Shown: positions 38,582 to 50,624 of the stretch, in pieces
Layout: each line of letters begins with the position of its first letter
How positions within the stretch are numbered: position 1 is the first letter of the stretch
NCBI RefSeq assembly: GCF_001194135.2
Contig: NC_068987.1
Span: 81,271,612 to 81,335,611, forward strand
DNA: 64,000 bases
Source: Octopus bimaculoides
Lineage: Eukaryota
Direction: 5' to 3'
Position numbers and translations under genes: made by a program
The notes under the pieces: generated by a model
What the model was told of the DNA's origin: nothing
The model's database searches: none
The model's input: only the letters and a program-made list of their open reading frames with translations

Positions 38582-41500
38582 TTAGATATGTGTTTTCGTG
38601 TACTCCTGCAGTGGCAGCCTGGTAGCTATTTGCAATATTAGTGAATGTATTATTGACTGTTTCCTATTGCAGAGGCAACAAATCTCAACTAGGCTTGTGG
38701 CTGATTGCAATTACATATCATTGACAAAGTCCAACAAGACATCTGGCATTCTTGCTAGTCACAACCAGAAGGATTTTTCATCTCCCTCTGATATATATTA
38801 TTTTCAAATATGTCACATTCACAAGAAATTTTAATCATGGTTATAAATTGCAGTAACCTGTCAATGGTGTATATACATTTAGTGTGATAGATAGATAAAT
38901 GGCTATTTTAATTTGATATTTATCAATTGTAAATACCAGATTATACGTTATTATAACAGTATATTAAAGAAATCAAATAAATTTAACCTTTTTGTCTTTA
39001 AATGGAATGGCAATCAGATGATACAACTTATATAGAAGTAACATACGCATCATTCAAAATTGTATCTACTCATTATGTAAGTTATGTAATGTGAAACAAT
39101 ATTGTTGTGCACCTCTACATGAACCATAGGGTTTACCTGAAACGTAGGTGAGTTATAATAAATAGGGGACATGAACAAGTTTGTTACTGAGTTGTAAGTT
39201 ACATCAAACCGTGAGAAAATATGGATATTTTTAATCAAAAATTATCAAAATTTGCAGAAAACGTTTCCCCATGATAGAGCTGAAGGTACAATGTAAAACA
39301 TTTAGTCAGCTTAAACATTACAGTTGACATTATTCTAAATGTTTGATTTTCTTTCTCTTTTGACTTGAGTAATTTTTATCTTAAAGATAAATAAAATGAT
39401 GAATAAAAATATCATTTAACCTTTCGATTATTTTTGCATAAAATACAATAGAAAGTTCTTTCATAGAAATATACTTTATAAGTTGTGTAGAGCCATTATT
39501 TATTCACATAATACTTGAACACAGAATAAAGAAAGCTAATTTACAATTTATATTTCTTTGGTTCATAATAGCTGTTATAGAATTATCATCATTTCAATCA
39601 GTATTCTCTTTGATGTATCAAATGAAATGCTCAGATTTTTTTGTATAGTATCATCAAATTTTTCGATAAAATTTTTCTACTATGACAAGATATGGAAATG
39701 TCACAGACGAATTTTGCAGCATATGTCTCAGACTAGGACTTCCTGGTTTACATAATCCTTGATCCTGACTCAGTGATTCATAGGAAACTGGAAAGAAGCA
39801 GCCTTTGCAAGTTGATAAGCACATCAAATGAAGAGAAACATGAAACTATGCAAAAAAGGGAACATGTGAGAGTATTTACAGCATTTGTTTGACTTTCTCT
39901 CAAGACATCTAATGAAATACTTTTACTGTGGGGAGGTATGTTGACACTTAAATGACATTCTCATTAAGGTTCATTCATTGCTACCATTATAAATTTGCTT
40001 GCATCACCTTTAAAATATTCAATGTAATTGGCCTCACTAATGTAAGTACACTGTAGTTTATTAAGGAATTTCTGTGTTCTTTGATTTACTGACTTTTCCA
40101 GTTAATGAAGACCTACAGTCACCCTTCATATTTTGTTGCTCTGTAATGAAATTGCGCTCATTGATAAATATACATATGTTGTAACAAACCTAAAAGAGAG
40201 AAAGAGTTTTAATTTAGATTCTGTAATTTTCTTTTATTCACCTGGAGAATGTGACTCTTTCAATCAAAGATATAAGAAGATAAGGCATGTGCTTCATACA
40301 AGCCTTTATCTGATATTGTGATTAATAGCCTCCTTTTGACTAATTTCATATTTTCAATATTATAGGAAAGAGATTCAATTGACACTATTTAAAGCTTGCA
40401 TCAGGATTGTTGTAAATCTCTTATCTTGGATGATTTTTATAACATTTCTGATTGGATTCGAAAATTTAATATTTGTGGTGTATGTAGCTAAATGCAGCTA
40501 AAAAAATATTTAACATTTGATTGGCTGACAGTTACACTATTTCAAAATGTGATTACAAATTCAGCTCTTAATGCAAATTAATAGGTATTTAAAATTTGAG
40601 CTCACTTAGCTTTGGATTTATAAAATATGTACTTTATGAACTATGCACATATTTTTCACTTCATGTAAGAACTGCTTTTATCAAAAAAATTTATATGAAG
40701 CATCATAGTAAACAGCAAAAACATTTTGAATTCACATATGAATCACATTATGTAATTACAATTTTTAAGTCTGCAAAAATGAAAAGGAAAAAGAACAAGC
40801 TATTAGGGAAACAGAATTTCATGCATTCTTATAATGAACTAAAATTTTCTCAATAATCCTCATTATCATGTTTTTCAGCACCATGAATAATGTAACAAGG
40901 TAATAAAGACTAAAATATCCATTTAACTACAAGCAGTTGTTAACATGAGGATTTGTCAGCTGTAGGGTGTAAACATTTTCTAACATTAAAAGAAATGTAT
41001 TTAATTTGATTTTGAAGGAATTAAGAGTTAAAGCAAGTAATTAAACATATTAACTCGAGATAATATTGGTTGTTATTTTCTTGTTAGGCTATTTATTAAG
41101 TTATTACTGATTAATGCAAATTTTTTTTAATTGAAATAATAAGGTAAAAAATTAATATAGTTAGTAAAATACAAGTAGCAACAATGCATACCCTGCCATG
41201 GCTTGGATAATGAAGATGAGAATGAAATAACTCCTGTCTGGATTTTGTGAGCAATGCAAAATTAGCAAGCATTTAAATAATTTCAAATACAAAATCAAAA
41301 TTTTTTTATATATACAATACAAAAATAATGGAAATAATGGTCAAGCTTGCAAACTTCCAGTTACCACACAGTTTGTTCAGCTTTCACTTTATATTTTCTG
41401 ATTGAAGATATAAATTAAAAATAAGATTATCATAAATGACAATTGCAGTTGCTTTCAATAAATGTAGAAAATGAATGACTAGCATTAATTAATCAAATCT

Positions 41501-41634
41501 CTTTGAAGACTATAAGTCATTCAAGTGGAAGAACATCCAAATGTTACTTAATTTCTGAAATAAACCTGTTAAATTCATCAAAACACAAAGATATAACTGC
41601 TGAGGCATGATTACAACCAGTGGTGCTCTTTTCT

Positions 41635-41755
41635 TCATCATTATTGTCGTTGTCATTTAATGTCCACTTTCCATACTGGCATGGGTTGGATGGTTTCACT
41701 GAAGGTTGACAAGCCAAAAGGCTGCACCAGGCTCTTCTTTTACTGATTTCGGCCA
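41635..41755 (-). mobile_element. RTE-type 3' tail fragment
   Basis: TTTAATGTCCACTTTCCATACTGGCATGGGTTGGATGG..GCTGCACCAGGCTC. Confidence 0.8.
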
Positions 41756-41927
41756 TTAGACTGCAATCAGACTATGGACTCATCTTCAAGGAATTTAAAG
41801 TCTGGTGCTAATTTCATGAATCTCTAATGAATGTTTTTAAGTTCACCTCTGGAATGAAGTCTCTTTTAAAACTACCACTCTCTAGCAATATAATTAAGCT
41901 TAAACTCTAAATAACGCCAGCACACAA

Positions 41928-42070
<143 letters not shown>

Positions 42071-42292
42071 ATAAGCTTAAGCACACATTTTGTATACTAA
42101 ATTGCATTTGCCAGGCATTGGGTAAACTGAATCTTCGAGTGAAAATACTTGTACCCTCAATCGTATTGGTTTAAGAAACTATTATATTGAGGACATTTAT
42201 ATAATTGTTTCATTAATTTTCTTTAGTAAAAAAGAAAAAAATATTATATAAAGCAGATTTTGTATTTCTTTGACCACTTCTCTGACTCCTTA

Positions 42293-42523
42293 CAGTAATC
42301 CCTCACCATATCATGGTTCACTTTTCTCAGTTCACCTATTGCAGTTTATTATTTAAGGTTATGTCAATTCATCTGTGGTGTTATTTTGCATTTATAATAA
42401 AATAAATATATACAAATTATAAAAGTAATAAAAAAATATACAGTACAGTACTGTTTCTACTTCACGGATTTTCACCTATCGTAGGAGGTTTTGGAACACC
42501 TGTGATAGTTGAGGGATTTACTG
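42293..42523. mobile_element. Tigger/pogo-type MITE
   Basis: TIRs CAGTAATCCCTCACCATATC / CAGTAAATCCCTCAACTATC with TA on both sides; non-coding. Confidence 0.8.
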
Positions 42524-43999
42524 TATATAATTATCATATGAGTCTGCATTTTTAAATCTCCTATCCATTTTCATCATCACACCTAAAGATAAAATTACAG
42601 AATTTTAAGCAGCTTCTATGAAATACTATAAAACTGTTCTGTTTTATTTAGTATTTCTATATTTTAAATAGTCATAATTCTTTTTTGATTCATAATGTTT
42701 TATTTGTCTATTTAGCATATTAGATTTTTATTATTTCTTTCACATCTGTCTTAAGTAACACATTTAGAGAAATAATTTGAATTCAAAAGAACCCTTTGCA
42801 CCTTATTGTTAATGATAAAAAGGGTTTGTAAATACCGTTTAGTGCTGAGAACATATTTATTTACTAATTAAATAATCTGGAATCCTATACAGAGTAGAAG
42901 ATGATATTTTTTCATTAAATTTTCAGGTTAAAGTATGAAAGCAGAAATAACCATACATAGCTTCTACATTGGTTAGGTATTCAGTGCAACAGCCTGGAGA
43001 AAAAAAAAATGAAATTACCATTATTTTATTATTTAGTTAGAGAAAGAAGGGCCCTTGCAGGTTTTTTGAGACTGGTGAGGTTGAGGTAATTAATGTTCAG
43101 TTTGAACTTTTGAAGATTGGTACCTAGAGGGAATCGGATGGAAAAATTCATTCTACAGTTCTTTAGTTCTGAAAACAATGATAGAATTGGCTTGAAAAAT
43201 ATGTTCATTTTAGAGACAAAGCATCACATATTCTTAAATTGACATTTTATTAACTTAAAGAACAGAACCCTAATCTTGCCATGAAAAAAAAAAAATTACT
43301 GTATCTGCAACAAAACCTCATTATCTTAAAGTAGTGCTCAAAAAATTCATGACTCAATTTTGTAATACATTTTAAAACAGTTGCTGATAGAATAACCTTC
43401 ATGAATCTTAATATTTTTTCTTACTGCTGTGTTGCTATTACAGATTAGCTATAATTTTACAATATCACTTATGTTAAAAATGTAAGATTTTTGAAACAAA
43501 AAAAAAGATACTGAAATATATCCGAAAAAAAATTTTCAGAAACATACATGACTACTAAATATATTTTTAGTAGCTCTACAATTTTAAATTAGGTTATTTA
43601 CATAATCGAAAAATATTGTATTGAGGATTAGACAATATTAGAGAGTTTTCAAATGACAAACAATTGATGGCATGAATCTACTCAGGAATAGTTTTGAATA
43701 CCATTTTTTTGTTTTCTCAATTTTGATAAAAATCTTCCTGAATTTGTCTTTCTATCAAATTCTTTAATACATCTAGGTTGTTTTGCTAAATTCTTGCTTT
43801 TTGTGTCTACTGAGTGGTCGTAAAATGATTGGTAGGATTACAAAATGACTGCTTATTTTTTTGGCCCCTTGACATTGCCAATTTATTAGAATATGTATAA
43901 GAAAAAACAGCATTTGATTCTTTATGATAAAACATTACATCTTATCTTGTTGTGACTTAGGAGGATCATAATGCTAATAATAATAAACACATGCACACA

Positions 44000-44340
44000 A
44001 ACACTGCTATAGCCCTGTGCTGGCAAAAAAAAAATTTTGTAACTGGATTTAAAAGAAGAAAACTGGAGAAGTTTATTGTGTGTGTGTGTATGTGTGCGTG
44101 TGTGTGTGTGTGTCAGTGTGTGTACTCTTGTCTTGACCTCAGTATTATTGCAAATGAACATCATTATCATTCAAGTGAGTATTTTCATGTGAAATTATCA
44201 CTGTTCAGGAAGAAAATATCAACTTACTTGGAAACAGATGAGGGTTGGCAGGAGGAAAGGCATCCAGCTGTAGAGAATATGCCTCAACATATCTCATCTG
44301 ACCCATGCAAGCATGGAAAGCAGATGATAAATAATGATAC
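44000..44340 (+). mobile_element. tRNA-SINE body with internal (TG)n and RTE-type tail
   Basis: CTTACTTGGAAACAGATGAGGGTTGGCAG..GCATCCAGCTGTAGA..ACCCATGCAAGCATGGAAA. Confidence 0.75.
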
Positions 44341-44954
44341 TGATATTTACACACACATGAATGCATGTACATATGCACACACACATGTATGCACACACAC
44401 ATGTATGCATACACACATGTATGCTCACACACACACTTTTCAGTTCTGAGTGGTATATACTTCTGGCAATTCTTGGCAGTAATCTATTTGCAGAATGCTA
44501 GATGTTTAGCAGTTGCAGTAAAATTTTCATAAATCAGTTAACTTTGACATAAATTTTCAAGAGTGAAATAGTTTTCAAATAGCTTCTGACAGAATTTCTT
44601 GCATCTTACACATTTTCAGCATTCTTTATATAAAACATAAAATTAATTCTCCTTTCATTATCAGCTTCAGCTTGTGAAACAGATTTATATCTGCAAAGAT
44701 TCTTGAATAAATCTATATTTTGAATTATACACTAGTTGATAATTTTCATATGCTTCATATTTCTTGTATTGAGCACTTTGATTAATTGTTATCACTCTGC
44801 TGATTGTAAATGTATGAGTGTGTGTGTGTGTGTGTGGATAGATGTGCATATACTTATCTCTATGTGTAGGCACACATACACAGGTAGCTGAGAGATGAAA
44901 CAAGTATAAAAATAATCAGGTGTAGTGTACAAGAATGAAAAAACATAAGATATA

Positions 44955-45090
44955 GGCTGATATGGTAAAAGCTAATCTCAGGATATTAAACCTTAACACA
45001 AGGGATGTCTAAAGAATACAACTGGTGGTGAGACACTGTATGTACTGGAAAGTACTTGATCAACCTATGCAAGCATAGCTAAGTAGACGT
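44955..45090 (+). mobile_element. RTE ORF 3' end (second subfamily)
   Basis: DMVKANLRILNL..; ORF runs into the shared tail; homologous to 50500-50624. Confidence 0.55.
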
Positions 45091-45099
45091 ATAAATGCA

Positions 45100-46230
45100 C
45101 AAAACCAAAGGACCGTGTTACCTTGATGGTGGCCTGCAACATGAATGGAGACAAAGAAGACTTGCTCTTAATCGGAAAGGCTGGTTCACCAAGATGCTTC
45201 AAAAATGTTAAAACACTTCCAATTCAGTATGACTTTTCAACCAATGCTTGGATGACAGAAAACAATCTATGGAAGATAGCTCAGGTCTTGGGATCGTCAT
45301 TTGCAGGAATCTGGAAGCCATGTGGTAGTCCTACTTGACAATTGCTCTTCTCATGTAGTCAATGATGATCTCAAGAATATCCCTTTAAAATTTCTTCCTC
45401 CCAACACAATGTCAGTGCTGCAGCCCTGTGACATGGGGATAGTCAAGACCTTGAAAACTTACTTCAGACATGAGATGCTTGAGAAAATCATTAATGTTAT
45501 GGAAGACACTGAACATGACATTTTTGGCCAAGAAGTTGCAAAGTGGATTACCATTTTGGATGCCATGTACATGTTAAGCGTAGCTTGGAAGAAGGTCTCT
45601 AGCCAGACAATCAAACATTGTTGGATCAAAGCTGGTTTTGTTTCGATTGAAGAATCAAATGAAGCCATAGATGTTAATGAAGATTTGATCCTGCCTTCAC
45701 CGCCAACTGGATTGACCAAAAAGCAATTCAAGAACTTGTTGTTCATAGATGATGGTGCAATTGTTGTTCCAGAGATCACTGAAGCAGAAAAAACTAGGCG
45801 AAGTCATTCATGACATTTGGTAAGCTGAGAAGGCAACCAAAAGAGATGAAGATGGCGATTCTGACATTGATGTTGATGAAAGAGTTCTGGTGCCCCCAAC
45901 ACCAGTTGGAATGAGACACTATCTAACTCAATTAGAAAGTGGCCTTGAAAGTTTTGATTTCAGTGACATGAATCTCTTTAGAACTCTTAAGGGAAAAAAA
46001 TCAATGCAGAATTGTGAACAAAGTGTCCAGCAAAGCAATCAGCACTCAACAAATTTTTCATGCAATGACACTGTTTATAATGTTTTTATTTGTGTATTCA
46101 TATATGTATGTATTTTAATAAATACACATGTTTAATCAATTGGCGAATTTTGTTCCTTCTGTTAATAAATCCTTCACTTAATAAATCCAAAATAGGCAGA
46201 ATCCAAGATGGATTTATAAAGCAGAGTCTA

Positions 46231-46233
<3 letters not shown>
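45100..46233 (+). mobile_element. Tigger/pogo transposon, 3' half (DDE_1 domain)
   Basis: KDRVTLMVACNMNG, NAWMT, LLDNCSSH, FLPPNTMSVLQPCDMGIV, AWKKVSSQTIKHCW. Right TIR ..AAAGCAGAGTCTACTG followed by (TA)n. Confidence 0.9.
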
Positions 46234-46283
<50 letters not shown>

Positions 46284-46470
46284 CATAGTTGAAATTTACA
46301 GAAAAACAAAAGATGAAGACAGGTGTATTAACAACAAGCAGGTGTACTAGTTTGATGTTCGAGAAAGTGGAGAAAGTCTTTTATGCTTTGAGCCTATGCA
46401 CTTCAACAGAAAGAGAAAATAAACAGAGAGAGAATAAAAAAAAGTTGTGGGTATATATATATACATATAT

Positions 46471-46598
46471 CATCATCGTTTAACGTCCGCTTTCCATGCT
46501 AGCATGGGTTGGACGATTTGACTGAGGACTGGTGAAACCGGATGGCAACACCAGGCTCCAGTCTGATTTGGCAGAGTTTCTACAGCTGGATGCCCTTC
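46471..46598 (-). mobile_element. Young RTE 3' tail
   Basis: Nearly identical to the reverse complement of 28632-28757. Confidence 0.9.
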
Positions 46599-46659
46599 AT
46601 GTATGTGTGTGTTTGCGTGTGTGTGTTTATGTCCGTGTAACTTAGCAGTTTCACAAAAG

Positions 46660-46800
46660 AGGGTAATAGAATAAGTACCTTACTTGGAAACAGGTGAGGG
46701 TTGGTGGCAGGTGAGGAATCTGACTGTAGAAAATCCACCTCAGGAAATTCTCTCTGATCTATGCAAGTATGGAAAAATGAACATTAAACTAATGAAGATC
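46660..46800 (+). mobile_element. SINE 3' half with RTE-type tail
   Basis: CTTACTTGGAAACAGGTGAGGGTTGG..TATGCAAGTATGGAAAAATGAACATTAAA. Confidence 0.7.
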
Positions 46801-46810
46801 ATATGTATAA

Positions 46811-46855
<45 letters not shown>

Positions 46856-47064
46856 NNNNNNNNNNNNNNNNNNNNNNNNNNNNNNNNNNNNNNNNNNNNN
46901 NNNNNNNNNNNNNNNNNNNNNNNNNNNNNNNNNNNNNNNNNNNNNNNNNNNNNNNNNNNNNNNNNNNNNNNNNNNNNNNNNNNNNNNNNNNNNNNNNNNN
47001 NNNNNNNNNNNNNNNNNNNNNNNNNNNNNNNNNNNNNNNNNNNNNNNNNNNNNNNNNNNNNNNN
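46856..47064. other. Assembly gap within (AT)n
   Basis: N run flanked by (AT)n on both sides. Confidence 0.99.
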
Positions 47065-48498
47065 ATATATATATATATATATATACATATGTATGTGTGA
47101 ATTTATGTAAATATATATTTATTTTAGTCTCTTAAGAACCTGGTTTCTAAATTATATACTGTCTCAGTTATTGGAATTTATATTTAAACAACGCTATAAA
47201 TGTCTACTATTTGACTTTACTGAATGTATGTTAGATGCTTTATTTTTATGGTAGTGCCCCTCAACTTATTTTGAATAATTAGTAAAGTAACCAAGTTTGC
47301 CAAAATATACAGGTTAAAACATAAGTTTATAATCTGCATAGAGAATTTGTTGGTTTCAAAGCATTTGTCAATAAATTTTCTCATTCTCATTGATTTTGAA
47401 TGAAATGTTGACATCTGCTGGGCAGCTGGCATCTACAGTAATTCATGATTTCTGTTTACTGTCCTAAATAAATATGTCAGACCTGTTGTGTTTGCTTTCA
47501 TTGGAAGTTTTGTTTGGAATTTTCCATCAATATTCTCTGTGTAGGAATGTATGACTGTACTCAATGCCAGAAATATTTTCCTATATTTACCCCAGGAAAG
47601 TCCATATGGATGTTATTATATACCGTGTTGTCAAGAATAGGAAAAATAATAATTGATAACATACACTGCACAGTAGCTTTTGACCACATGTGTAATGTAT
47701 TCCATAGATATATGACATAAATGACATTTGAGTTACAGCATGGGACTTCACTATTTCTTTTGTTCATATGTATGTATGTATGTAAGTGTGTGTGTGCGTG
47801 AGAGAGGGAGAGAGATTACATGTGACTCTTTCTTTCACTCTGTCATCCCCCCTCTCTCTCATATTACTCTGTTTATGGGTCTTTCTCTTAGTGTCTCTAT
47901 CTGTGAATATTTATTGACAAAGGAGACTTGCCATGTTTTAGTTTGGCAACTTATAAATGTTGTGTATCTCCTTATTTTGTGGAGATGCATATGTTTGCCT
48001 GTCTTGGCTAAGTGAATATTTATTTTCTTATGCTACTTTTATTTTTGCAGTTAAGCCATCAGTTTTAAACAACAAATTGCTCTCTTTCTCTATTGGACAC
48101 CAGTCCAAGAACAACTATCTACAAGAATGCTGCTACCCAACAACCATATCATGCTCACCCTTATATTAACATGTGTAATATGTTATCTTCACACCCACAT
48201 TTACACACATATTTCTTTCACATACTAGAAGAAAAACTGCATACTTGGCTGTTTTTTGCTACTCCTTTTAATATGTTTATACATTGTGTGTGTGTGTGTG
48301 TGCATGTATGCCCGTGTGTGTGTGTGTATTCATGTACGCCCGTGAGTGTATGCATGTACACCCGTGTGTGTGTGTGTGTGTGTGTGTGTGAGGCTGATAT
48401 GCCAGGTCAAAGATAGGACTTAGTATTCATTTCAGAAGTTGCTCCTTGTCCTACTTGACACATGTTCTCTGTAGTGTGCAAGACTAAACAAATGCTAC

Positions 48499-48605
48499 TT
48501 ATACATACATACATACATACATACATACATGCATGCATACATACATACATACATACATACATGCATACATACATATACAAATACATACATACACACATGC
48601 ATGCA

Positions 48606-48637
<32 letters not shown>

Positions 48638-48702
48638 CATACATATACAAATACATACATACACACATACATGCATGCATACATACATACATACATACAT
48701 AC
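48499..48702. repeat. (ATAC)n/(ATGC) compound microsatellite with a repeated higher-order block
   Basis: Block ATATACAAATACATACATACACACAT occurs twice; source of the MYVC/HTYI ORFs. Confidence 0.95.
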
Positions 48703-48759
48703 CTTCCTGCTAAATACAGTTGGATCAAATGCTAAAACATTTTGTTTATACATGTTTGC

Positions 48760-49750
48760 ATGTTCTATGCTGGTACGGATTAGATGGTTTGAGGGTATCT
48801 GATGGGTCTAAGGTCTAAATCATGCTCCAGTGTCTGTTTTGGAATGGTTTCTATGGTTGGATGCCCTTTCTAATGCCAATCACTTTATTGGTTGTGCTGG
48901 GTGGGTTTTTTTGTGCCACCAGCACTAGTGAGTTTGCCATGAAGCTTAGAAGACAATAAATCCTGATGGAAGGGATTGGCTTTTATGCTAGGAGATGAGG
49001 GATTAAAATATGAGACAAAGGAGCAGAGCAGGTTTCTTGCTGTAGAGGATACACATGGCTCCTCTCATTTAGAAGAAAAGGTGAGAATGGTGGATGGAGA
49101 TGTAAGATATAAAATAGTGGTGATGAGGTGTCTGGGTGGCTTCTCAAGATATAAGGTGAGTGAAAATGAGTAGGGATATAGGAACTAGGAGTTTGGATTG
49201 GAGGATGTAAGAGTATGAGATTAGAAATGGGTGGGGAGGTAGACAATAACAGTAAAGATTGGGTAGGGTTGAAGAGTGGATGCAGTGAATGGTGTATAAG
49301 AGGTGGAGGATTACTAATTAGTCAGGTGAGGAAGAGGGATGCAGAAGAAATCAGGGGAAGAGTGGAAGGATTGTAATGATGACAGGGGAAGAATGAGAAA
49401 GAGATGACATGTTGTTGGGTAGATTTCATGAGTGGTCATGAGAAATAGAAAGACAGACAGACAAAGAGGCAGGTGCAGTGAATGGTGAGAGATGTATGGT
49501 GGTGGGGGAAGACAGATAATTTAGTGGTCCTGTGGTGGCAGAGGTTATCCATGTAAAGTGTGGGTGGAAAGAACAGTATGAATGAGTGAAGAATGGATAA
49601 CAAGTGAAGTGATTCTGAGTAACAAGAAAAATAAGCAGTGCCAAGGAAAAGCTTCCATGTGATAGATGATGAGTGGTGGGGTGTGATTTGAGAGGAGATT
49701 AAGTGAAGGGCCCATTTATGCATAAACATACTCATGGTGAGATGATTTGA
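48760..49750 (-). mobile_element. Long pyrimidine-rich retroelement 3' region with RTE-type tail
   Basis: Longest copy of the 10430-type family; shares TCTACAGCAAGAAACCTG and CACTAGTGCTGGTGGCAC. Confidence 0.65.
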
Positions 49751-49793
49751 GATGGTGATTGGGCAAAAGGTACCATTATGTGAAAAAACATTT

Positions 49794-49975
49794 GAGTGAG
49801 GTCGTTGCCAGTGCTGCTGGTGGACTGGCTCCTGTGCAGGTGGCACGTAAAAAACTCTGCCAGATCAGATTGGAGCCTGTTGCAGCCTTCTGGTTCACCA
49901 GTCCTCAATCAAATCGTCCCACCCATGCCGGCATGGAAAGCGGACGTTAAATGATGATGATGATGATGATGATGA

Positions 49976-49979
<4 letters not shown>
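49794..49979 (+). mobile_element. RTE 3' UTR (internally deleted) with (GAT)n, followed by (AT)n to ~50052
   Basis: Matches 28385-28440 joined to 28650-28770. Confidence 0.88.
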
Positions 49980-50055
<76 letters not shown>

Positions 50056-50065
50056 TCATAATGGT

Positions 50066-50455
50066 TTCAAATTTTGGTTCAAAGCCAGCAAATTCAGGGG
50101 ATGGGTAAGTCGATTACATCAACCCCCAGTATTCAACAGATACTTATTTTATTGACCCTGAAAGGATGAAGGGCAATTCAACCTTAGTGGAATTTGAATG
50201 CAGGACATAAAGTCAGATGAAATGCTTATTTCTTTACTGCCCACAAGGGGGCTAAACATAGAGGGGACAAACAAGGGCAGACAAAGGGATTAAGTCAATT
50301 ACATCGACTCCAGTGTGTAACTGGTACTTATTTAATCGACCCCGAAAGGATGAAAGGCAAAGTCGACCTCGGTGGAATTTGAACTCAGAATGTAGCGGCA
50401 GATGAAATGCTGCTAAGCATTTCGTCCAGTATGCTAACAATTCTGCCAGCTCACC
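50066..50455 (-). mobile_element. Two tandem or nested tRNA-SINEs with different tails
   Basis: 50226-50455 is full length with tail ..GGGCAGTAAAGAAATAA; 50066-50225 is headless with the 6057-type tail. Confidence 0.88.
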
Positions 50456-50499
50456 TAATATATATATATATATAATGCTTCCAAAATTCAGTTTTGCCT

Positions 50500-50624
50500 A
50501 AGTGGATGGGTCTTCCCAAGAACCATGCATTGCCAGTCATTCCAGTCTCTTGTCATCTCTTCCATGAAGCTTAGAGTCCTGAGGTCAGCCTTCACCAAAT
50601 CATTCCAACAAATATTGGGCTGCC
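50500..50624 (-). mobile_element. RTE ORF 3' end fragment
   Basis: WNDLVKADLRTLSFMEEMTRDWNDWQCMVLGKTHP. Confidence 0.7.

Noticed and set aside
39131-39150. Recursive-splice-like TTTCAG|GTAAAC on the minus strand
   Set aside because: A rough composition estimate gives a fair chance of one such site per window, and the host gene is unproven.
47514-47720. ORF containing YDCTQCQKYF, like a C2H2 finger start
   Set aside because: Lacks the correctly spaced Leu and His-x3-His; no finger array.
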